Origin: a virus
Taxonomy: Duplodnaviria > Caudoviricetes
Reading direction: 5' to 3' (one strand)
IMG/VR virus record: IMGVR_UViG_3300027855_000001
Span: 1 to 51,863 of that record
Length of the DNA stretch: 51,863 nt
Of the stretch, positions 17,056 through 25,200 are shown in pieces. The position numbers and the translations under genes were made by a program. Position 1 is the first letter of the stretch. Each line of letters begins with the position of its first letter. The notes beneath the pieces are model-generated. The model was not told where the DNA came from. It did not search any database and saw only the letters and a list, made by a program, of their open reading frames with translations.

Positions 17056-18563
17056 AGATTATCCGCACTGACCAAGTCGCTCCCGAAGTGGCTAGTCCAC
17101 AAGAACGCGAATGGGTCTACAACGGCTTGGACTGTGTCATTACCCGCGAGGTTTTAGATGTCCTTTTACCGCAACTCGATAATCAAACGACGGGCACCTA
17201 TCAATTTTCCCGCGACCTCCAAGCCCCCATCCTCGAAATGCGTTGCCGTGGGGTCCTCATCGACCAAGCCCGCAGGGCCGAGGTCATCGACGAATACTTC
17301 ACCAAGCTCGACCAGCTCGAAGAGCAGCTTAATCGCATCGTTGGTCACGGCCTTGGACTCTGGCAGTTTAACTGGCGATCGAATAAGGATTTGCATCTCC
17401 TTTTCTACGATCACCTTGGTCTTCCACCCATCCGACGAGGTGGAAGACCTACAGTCAATCGCGAGGCTCTTGAGAAATTGGAGAGCTATTTCTCTGCGAG
17501 ATTGATCGTCGCGCATATGCTGGTCATGCGCGATATGCAGAAGAAGATCAGCATGCTCAAGACGGAGATTGATCCAGATGGAAGAATGCGAACGTCTTAT
17601 AACATTGCTGGAACGACAACAGGAAGATTGTCGTCGTCATTTTCCGAATTCGGAACGGGTACTAATCTCCAAAATATTGAGGAAGCTTTACGAAGTGTGT
17701 TTGTCGCAGACCCTGGCTACAAACTCGCCTACCTCGACGCCGAACAAGGCGAGTCCCGAGTCGTCGGAGCCATTGAAGGAAACCTCTTCGACGATTGGAG
17801 ATACCTTGACGCGTGCGAAGGAGGAGACCTACACACTACAGTTGCTCGATTGGTCTGGCCGGACGTTGTGGCCTGGACAGGAAATCTCGCTGGTGACCGC
17901 CAACTGGCCGAGCAGCCGTACTATAGACATTATGATCGACGCTTCATGTGCAAGAAGATTGGCCATGGAACTAACTACGGTGGGAAGCCACGCACTCTTG
18001 CCGCTCAGGCTAAGGTTGAAGTTGGACTTATCGAGGATTTTCAGCCGAAGTACTTCCGCGCCTTCCCAGCCCATCTCCGCTGGCACGCCCGAGTAGACCG
18101 TACCCTCCGCGAGGATGGGCACCTAACCACCTTAACCGGCCGCAAGCGCTGGTTCTTTGGGAGGAGGAATGATGACTCGACGCTCAGAGAAGCCATTGCA
18201 TACGATCCTCAAGGTTCGCTCGCCGATATCCTCAACCGGGGAATGCTTAGCGTATGGAGGAGTGGGGACTGTCAGCTACTCCTCCAAATACATGACGCGA
18301 TCCTCGTACAATACAAAGAAGAAAAAGAAGATAAAATCATCCCTAAAATTCAAGAACAACTGAAAGTGCCTATCCAACTTGACAACGGAAGAGAGTTCTT
18401 AATACCTTACGGTGTTCAAACGGGTTTCAATTGGGGAAAATATGATGAGAAAGATAATCCAGAAGGACTTAAATCTTATAGGGGAGGAGACACCCGTAAA
18501 AGAAGGGCACCAATCCCCATCTTGGAGCGGCCCCTCTCAAGAGCGTTTAAAGGAAGTGCTTGA
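17052..18563 (+). CDS. polA: Family A DNA polymerase (ExoIII motif plus polymerase domain)
   Basis: YNGLDC (ExoIII), GTTTGRLSS, NLQNI, motif A DAEQGESR, motif B RFMCKKIGHGTNYG, motif C QIHDA. Confidence 0.93.
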   Translation: MKIIRTDQVAPEVASPQEREWVYNGLDCVITREVLDVLLPQLDNQTTGTYQFSRDLQAPILEMRCRGVLIDQARRAEVIDEYFTKLDQLEEQLNRIVGHGLGLWQFNWRSNKDLHLLFYDHLGLPPIRRGGRPTVNREALEKLESYFSARLIVAHMLVMRDMQKKISMLKTEIDPDGRMRTSYNIAGTTTGRLSSSFSEFGTGTNLQNIEEALRSVFVADPGYKLAYLDAEQGESRVVGAIEGNLFDDWRYLDACEGGDLHTTVARLVWPDVVAWTGNLAGDRQLAEQPYYRHYDRRFMCKKIGHGTNYGGKPRTLAAQAKVEVGLIEDFQPKYFRAFPAHLRWHARVDRTLREDGHLTTLTGRKRWFFGRRNDDSTLREAIAYDPQGSLADILNRGMLSVWRSGDCQLLLQIHDAILVQYKEEKEDKIIPKIQEQLKVPIQLDNGREFLIPYGVQTGFNWGKYDEKDNPEGLKSYRGGDTRKRRAPIPILERPLSRAFKGSA

Positions 18564-18999
18564 TTATGATCCTGTCACTGGGGTGTTTACTTGGAAAGTT
18601 ATGCTATCGCCGAAGGCATTGGTCGGTACCACAGCTGGGTCTGAATACGATACTGGCTACATCATAATTAGCATCGATGGCGTTAAGTATGGGGCACATA
18701 ACCTAGCATGGCTATATGTCTATGGCGAGTTAGCCATGACCGATCACAAGAACGATATAAAGAACGACAACCGAATTGACAACCTGCAAAAGGCAACTTA
18801 CTCACAGAACAATCATAAGAAATACAGCTACAACCCTCTTGGCGTTAAAGGCGTACGATTTCGAAGTGGGTTATATGAAGCCAATATTAGGATTGATGGG
18901 AGGATTACGTGCCTAGGTAAATTCAACACCGCCGAAGAGGCTGGCAAGGCTTATCAAGAAGCAGCCCAGCTACACTACGGCGAGTTTGCCTGTGGTTAA
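18442..18999 (+). CDS. HNH homing endonuclease with AP2-like C-terminus
   Basis: YDPVTGVFTW, AHNLAWLY, DHKNDIKNDNRIDNL, LGKFNTAEEA..AY; start uncertain. Confidence 0.85.
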   Translation: MMRKIIQKDLNLIGEETPVKEGHQSPSWSGPSQERLKEVLDYDPVTGVFTWKVMLSPKALVGTTAGSEYDTGYIIISIDGVKYGAHNLAWLYVYGELAMTDHKNDIKNDNRIDNLQKATYSQNNHKKYSYNPLGVKGVRFRSGLYEANIRIDGRITCLGKFNTAEEAGKAYQEAAQLHYGEFACG

Positions 19000-20188
19000 A
19001 AGGGGCTTAACAAATGGCAGCGCACGTCGAAGGCTCCAAAGTTGGATCGAAGCCTTCGTAAAACATACTGACAACTTGGGATCATCGGAGCTATTCAGGC
19101 GATGGGCAGCGATCTCCACCCTAGCAGGCGTCCTCGAACAGAAAGTCTGGCTGACCACAACCGACCAAATCTTCCCAAACCTGTACACAATCTTGGTAGC
19201 CCCTCCTGGCATTGGAAAGACGCGTACCATTATGTCGGCCCGGAAATTTCTGGCCGAATTACCAGACTTCTGTATCGCACCTACTTCGATGACAATGGCA
19301 AGCCTTGTGGATTTTCTATCAAGGTCTTCGAAGAAGCATGTTTTGCCGAAGGGGAAAGGGATACTGGATTATCATACCGCGATGATGATCATGGACGAGT
19401 GGAGCGCGTTTATGAGCGAGTACAGCCACGACATAATTGGTGGCTTGACGACGTTCTACGACGTAACAGTGCCCTACAGGGAAACACGTATTACAAAGAG
19501 CAGGGACACTACTATCGAACGCCCCCAACTGAATATGCTTGCTGGCTCTACGCCTTCGAACTTAATGAAATTTATGCCCGACTTCGCTTGGGACCAGGGC
19601 TTCACCTCGCGGATCATTCTGATCTACTCCGACGAGCAACGCCTGATGGATGACTTCGCGGAAGTCCAACGCGCCGTCGATCCCGACTTGCTCCACGACC
19701 TCAACTCCATCTCTGGTATCATAGGCGAGTTCGTCGTAACGAAGGAATGGCAGGACCTCGTGATGGCTTGGCGTGAGAGTGGGGAAGGGACGAAGCCATC
19801 ACACCCCAAGCTCATCCACTACAACTCTAGGCGCAAGGTCCATCTATATAAGCTGTCGATGATCGCTGCCATCGACAAGGGCGATGACCTTACCTTGACC
19901 CCCGACTGCTTCAAGGCTGCCTTGCATTGGCTCGAAGAGGCGGAGATCAACATGCCTCTTCTCTTCTCTGCCGGCACCACCACCCTTGACGCACGCGCGA
20001 TGGATGAGATCGTTGATTTCATTCGCCGTGCGGGGAAGCCCGTGCCTCAGTATCGAGTAATCCACTTCGCCTGTTCCTTGGTGCCCAACCATTCCGTGAT
20101 CAGGGTTTTGCAGTTAATGGAACTCTCTGGCCAGATTGAAGAGGCTGGAGAGGCCAATGGGCAGAAGCTCTACACCGCCCTAGATTGA
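18986..20188 (+). CDS. DUF3987/YfjI-like P-loop ATPase, probable replicative helicase
   Basis: NLYTILVAPPGIGKT, IMDEW, AGSTP, GFTSRII; possible C-terminal winged helix. Confidence 0.75.
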   Translation: MPVVKRGLTNGSARRRLQSWIEAFVKHTDNLGSSELFRRWAAISTLAGVLEQKVWLTTTDQIFPNLYTILVAPPGIGKTRTIMSARKFLAELPDFCIAPTSMTMASLVDFLSRSSKKHVLPKGKGILDYHTAMMIMDEWSAFMSEYSHDIIGGLTTFYDVTVPYRETRITKSRDTTIERPQLNMLAGSTPSNLMKFMPDFAWDQGFTSRIILIYSDEQRLMDDFAEVQRAVDPDLLHDLNSISGIIGEFVVTKEWQDLVMAWRESGEGTKPSHPKLIHYNSRRKVHLYKLSMIAAIDKGDDLTLTPDCFKAALHWLEEAEINMPLLFSAGTTTLDARAMDEIVDFIRRAGKPVPQYRVIHFACSLVPNHSVIRVLQLMELSGQIEEAGEANGQKLYTALD

Positions 20189-20376
20189 TCCCGCTCTTCC
20201 TTAGCCCCTGCTGCCCTCGCTGCTGCTTCTGAAACTTTTAACAACTGATCCATCCGGGAGTTGATCGAGAGATGGATATTCTCAATCTTACTCCCGTTAT
20301 GTAACGATGCGATGAGTGAAGCAAAGGCCCCTACAAAAGCCCCACCCGCTAGTAACAACGCAGCCCACGCTTCCAT
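20170..20376 (-). CDS. Small membrane protein (possibly lysis-associated)
   Basis: N-terminal hydrophobic helix; GGAG RBS. Confidence 0.65.
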   Translation of the reverse strand: MEAWAALLLAGGAFVGAFASLIASLHNGSKIENIHLSINSRMDQLLKVSEAAARAAGAKEERDQSRAV

Positions 20377-20457
20377 CTATCTTCTCCGAAAGGCCGAGGG
20401 CATTTGCGCCCTCGTAGTTGCCCTGGCTTGGCGTCAACTCCGGCCAGGGAGGGAGGT

Positions 20458-21180
20458 TTAGATACCGAACTTGTACTTCAACCCTGCGAGGACTTCCACA
20501 TTCGCCCGGCCGCAGGCATCGCCCACGCCCGGCATGTTGGTGCAGATGCCATTCTCGTTGAGCCGCACCTTGGTGTAGATATCCGCCGCTGAGCCGTTGG
20601 TCAACTGAACCAAGACGCCAGCGGGGTAGATCGTGGGTGCAAACCCCCAGACCTTGTTCAGTGTAGAGCCAAAGGCCAAGGAGTCATCCGTGGCGTCAAA
20701 CCCCGCACCGACGTAGTATCGCGAGCTCACCGCGGTGAAGCCTGAAGGCAATGCCGATAGACTCGGCAGCGTGATCCCCAGGTTCGGGAAGAACGACGCG
20801 AGTTGCTGGAGCGGAGCGGAGATGATCCCGCGGAAGTCGAACTCCAGCGGGCCGCTCCAAGAGAGCCCCGGGGCAGAGCCGTTGAAGTTGGTGTACCCAA
20901 CATCCCCTTCCAGCGCCCAGAACATAGACGTATCCGCGATCGCCTGGGTATAACCAAGGCCAAGGTTGACCCCGATCGAGTTCGACACCAGGGAATTGGT
21001 ATTAACCCCAGGGGCGGATACGGACACCGTCCCTCCGCCGCCTTCGGTACCAACTAACGCATACCAACCACTCGCCTGCGGGTACTGGAACGGTTGGGTC
21101 GTGGCCTTCACGGCCATATCCGCCGCCATAGCCATCCCCGGCCACAGCAGCATCGTCGAAGCAAGAAGTATCTTCCTCAT
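20458..21180 (-). CDS. Outer-membrane beta-barrel protein with signal peptide (alphaproteobacterial Omp-like)
   Basis: Signal peptide ending AMA, ADMAVKA after cleavage, GWY.L, amphipathic strands, terminal AGLKYKF. Confidence 0.7.
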   Translation of the reverse strand: MRKILLASTMLLWPGMAMAADMAVKATTQPFQYPQASGWYALVGTEGGGGTVSVSAPGVNTNSLVSNSIGVNLGLGYTQAIADTSMFWALEGDVGYTNFNGSAPGLSWSGPLEFDFRGIISAPLQQLASFFPNLGITLPSLSALPSGFTAVSSRYYVGAGFDATDDSLAFGSTLNKVWGFAPTIYPAGVLVQLTNGSAADIYTKVRLNENGICTNMPGVGDACGRANVEVLAGLKYKFGI

Positions 21181-21181
21181 C

Positions 21182-21385
21182 TTAAGTCCCCTGTGCTGTT
21201 ACGATCTTCGCTACCGCCTCCACCGTAGCGATGGCGTCCTTGACCTCAGGGTCCTTCTCGATCGCCTCGATGAGGGAGATCGCTTGGGGAGTCCTGGGAT
21301 CGTTCATGTATTTCTTGATCACCGCAACCGCCGCTTCGATATGCGGGAGTTCCGGTTCGAGCTTCATCATGTCGAAGAAGTTCAT
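21182..21385 (-). CDS. Hypothetical protein
   Basis: ATGA overlap with the holin-like gene. Confidence 0.65.
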   Translation of the reverse strand: MNFFDMMKLEPELPHIEAAVAVIKKYMNDPRTPQAISLIEAIEKDPEVKDAIATVEAVAKIVTAQGT

Positions 21386-21726
21386 CCGCTGATCACCTTC
21401 TCACTGCTGGTTGCATTAGCAACGGCCTGGGTAGTGACCACACCCTTGACTTCAGGGTTGTTCGCCACAAGGCTATCCAACTTCTGCGCCAGCGGGACCT
21501 GTTGAACGTTGGCGATACGACCGGCGTTGGTCATGTTCTGCCCCGCGACGTAGGTCATGATCCCGTTGCCCAGCACTGAGACGATCAAGCACCACTTCAC
21601 AAGTGGAGGGATGAGCCATTCAGGCAAGGCCCCAGAGAAGAACCCTGTGCCAGCAGCAGCGACAACCCCAGCCACGAATACTACAAGCCCAAACCAGAAC
21701 GAGAACTTCGGGTCGATGTTATACAC
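21382..21726 (-). CDS. Holin-like protein, two TM segments
   Basis: Two hydrophobic helices; directly after the endolysin. Confidence 0.6.
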   Translation of the reverse strand: MYNIDPKFSFWFGLVVFVAGVVAAAGTGFFSGALPEWLIPPLVKWCLIVSVLGNGIMTYVAGQNMTNAGRIANVQQVPLAQKLDSLVANNPEVKGVVTTQAVANATSSEKVISG

Positions 21727-22288
21727 TTGCTGCTCCGTTGGTTGAAACCATTGTCAGGGCGGCCGCCCCAATCCGTTGCGTGCGCGCAGTCCAGTCCTTG
21801 CCGAAGTATTTGAACCCAGCAAGGGCTTGGTAGTAGGCGAGCCGATAGTTGGTGAAGGACTTATTGACCCCGGCCATATCCTGCGTCGCGAGCCCCTGCA
21901 CCGCGCTCATCGTAAGCGACCCCCACACTCCATCGGAGGTGATGATCAAAGCCCGCTGAAGAATTCGAACAGCGGCTGTTGGTCCTGCATTCACGGCCTC
22001 GTCGAAGAACTGCATGTCAAGCCCTGGTGGGAGGGTAGGGCAATGAGGGAGCCAGTAGCTATCATAATATATATCGTGGCCCTCAGCTTCGGTGAGGAGC
22101 TTCACTGACTGAGTCGGTTCGCCGTTCTGCTTTCGATATAGGTTATACTCACTTTGAATAATCCCACACATCGTCGCCCCACCGGGATCGTTGGGATCGT
22201 TGGAGAAGTTTCTTGGGTTGCTCCAATCTCCCGGAAGCGGACACTCCTCGATCAGCGTATGCGGCCAACAATCGTCGAACCTAGCCAT
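21719..22288 (-). CDS. Endolysin, glycoside hydrolase family 108 with peptidoglycan-binding C-terminus
   Basis: NDPNDPGGATMCGI, Y...YW, LP.GLD...FD.AVN.GP..A...LQR, FGK.W..R. Confidence 0.88.
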   Translation of the reverse strand: MARFDDCWPHTLIEECPLPGDWSNPRNFSNDPNDPGGATMCGIIQSEYNLYRKQNGEPTQSVKLLTEAEGHDIYYDSYWLPHCPTLPPGLDMQFFDEAVNAGPTAAVRILQRALIITSDGVWGSLTMSAVQGLATQDMAGVNKSFTNYRLAYYQALAGFKYFGKDWTARTQRIGAAALTMVSTNGAASV

Positions 22289-22291
22289 CCT

Positions 22292-25200
22292 TTACCTCCT
22301 CGGTGCCTGTTGTGTGCCAGTGCGCATGCCGGTCCAAAGGTCCCCGAAGCCCTTGGGGTGTTCATGGCCTGCTAAGACGTTGATCAGATATTCCCCGAGC
22401 TTGTCCGCTGATTGGGTGGTGAGTCCACTGGTAATAGAGAGGACATCGCCCGCGGTTCGAAAAGTCTTCCCTGGATTGGTGCGGTAGTCGTAGCTCTTCG
22501 CGGTGAGGGACTTCTTCACGTCCTGGGCGAGGGTCCCGTAAAGCCCGATCGAGGGATCATGGCCGTCAATCAGATAGTTGGAAACGTCCCTCACAATCGG
22601 CACCTGGGCTGGGTATCCACGGAGGAGTATCTTGGCGATATGCGCCCCTTCACTCTCATCCTGCTTCTTCGGCTGACCCGAGACGAGATGTTCAACCAGC
22701 CCCACCGCGAGGCCGAAGACCGCGACCCCACCCATGATTGGGAGGATATGTTGTGGCCCTGCCTCGAACTTCTCCTCAAGGAACCCAGGCATCTCAGGAA
22801 GCTCGCGCCCTTGTGTTGCTAGCTTAGCTTTCCAAGCGAGTTCGTAGTTCCGCTGGAGGGCATTGGAGAGGAAGTTATAGAAGGGCATGATAAGCCGCAC
22901 AAATGGCGACTGATGCCTCTGTACCGCTGAGCGATTGGTCAAGATCGACGAGCCATGGGTCCTTCGGACCGCCGTGTCTGCTGCATAGACAAGATCACCA
23001 TGGGACATATCAGGGTCGGACTTATTAAGGCGCCGATACTCCGCATCCCACATAGACACCGCTGAAAGCAGATCGCTCGCTCCAACCGGTGCATGGCCCC
23101 AGTGACTAACCAAATCCCGAAAGCTCTCCAGCTTAACCCTCGTCGCGTCAAACGCCCGGTTCTTCTGGCTTCGAAAGAGTTCCTTATTCTGGGCGATGAT
23201 GGTGTCTTCCATGTTATTAAGTCGGTTCCGAAGCTCCTCGCTATTCCCCATCGCGAAGCCCCAACGCTCCCGCGAGCCAGGGAGTTCGTGGATCATGTGG
23301 AGCATTGACCCGGCCCAGTTCTTAACCCCTACCTCCCATGAGGAGAAGATGGCCGCCGTCAGCCCATGCTTCGCCACGGTCCCTGGATTGAACCCGATCA
23401 TCATCGTGGACATATTCTGCGCCAGCGAATTGACCCACCTATCCAAGGCCCGCATATTCGCCGGTTGCCATTGTCGGTTCCCGGCGGCATCCTTCATCCA
23501 GGCGTCAAGGGCCGAGTGGTATTCAGGGCCGTAGTATTCCTTAAAGGCGTTCATGAAGGACTTGTTGTAAACAATCTTCGACACCTCGGTGATCGGTATT
23601 CTCATCGCGGCGTCGTTCAATATCTGTTTCAGCTTCATCGCCGCGGACTCGAAGGAAAGGTCGAGGGGGTACCTCGCGCCCGTACGGGTCTTTGTATATC
23701 CACTCGCTGGCGACGGCTTCCAAAATCCACTATCCCCCATCATGTCATCCACCGTCATCTTCGACGAGTGGCGTAAGGGGTCCGCGATTAAGGGATGGTA
23801 CCATTCATCAGCATCGCCCCAAGGGGTTCGGACCTTGTAGAGTTCGATCCTGGCCGGAGCCACGCCAGCGGTATGGACATAGGCATGCTCCGCTAAGCGG
23901 AAGGCATCGTCGAAAACCTTCCCCATCTTCTGCGCGCGTGCGAGGTCCTCAGACCCCATCCCTGCGACATTAGCCAGCCAATGCCAAACCATCTGCTCGC
24001 CGGTGTCTTGGTCCTTGGAGATATTCCATCCCTCGATGAGCTTCCTTCGTTGGAGGGCGTTGCCCATATTCTGCAAGACGGCGTAAGCATTCCCCTTGGT
24101 CATGTCAATAAACCGCCCATCGTCGGTGCGGAACATTGTATTGGTGATCTTCTTGTTAAAGTCAGGGAACTCTCCCAGCCCCTTCCACTTCGCTGCAAAG
24201 TCGCGGTTCAGCTGACGAAGGTAGTTCTGCCCCTCGGTGATCGGGCGCATGATAAGCTGGTTGAAGGGGCCTTGGCGATTGCCGAGGTCGAGGCGGTTGA
24301 GCCAAGTCTCGGTATTGAGGAGAAGGGAGCCGATCGTCCTGAACTTGCTCTCCTCATGCGCCCCCTGAACCGCGGGCTTGTTATCCACCGCGGCCTTCAA
24401 CCGCTCCACCAGTCCACTCACCACCCCTGCAAGGTCCTCCTTATTCCCCTTCACCTCATACTTGTTCGCCTCATGGCCGTAGTGGTTTATCGACTTGAGG
24501 GAGTCATAGACCCCTTGGAACTCGGCGGCGCTGAGCCCCTCGAAATCCTTCCCAGGCCAGTTGGCAGAGAAGAGGTCGGGCATCACGTTGAGGGTATGGG
24601 CGATGGGAGGGTTATCAGGGTCCGTCGACGCCGTCCCATTGGCCTTGTTCTTAGCATCGACGTAATCCCTGAGGGTGGCGTAGGGCGACGACATCTCCTT
24701 TCTACGCTCAAGGTCCTGTCGCGAAGTCTGTATCCCATCCGGCCCTAGAACCTGAAGAAGTATCTGATGCATCCATACCGCGTCTTCTTGCGGAACACCA
24801 GGGGGCTCTCTCCTCCCCCACCTCGGGGCGTCGGTTTCCTTAAACTTCTTAAGCCCCTTCTCAAACTTAAGAGCAAGGTTCGCATAGATCGCCGCGTTGG
24901 TCTGCTCCTGCTTAGCCTTAAGCGCCGCGCGGTAATCGCCCTTGAGCAAAGCATCCTGCACAGCCTGACCCGCGCGGCCGGCAGAAGCCTCGAAGGCCTT
25001 AGATGAGATAGCCCGTAATGGCGAGGCATCGAACACCTGCCTTGCTCCCTTAAGGAGATCATCCTTGGAAATAGGAAGCTCTGACCCAGCGAGTGAAGCA
25101 AGATGAACCGTCTCGTCGGCGAGGATATCAATCTGGCTCTGTGAGAACACATGCTCCTTCGCCTCACGGAGGATGTTCTCCTCCAGGTCCCCGTACTGCC

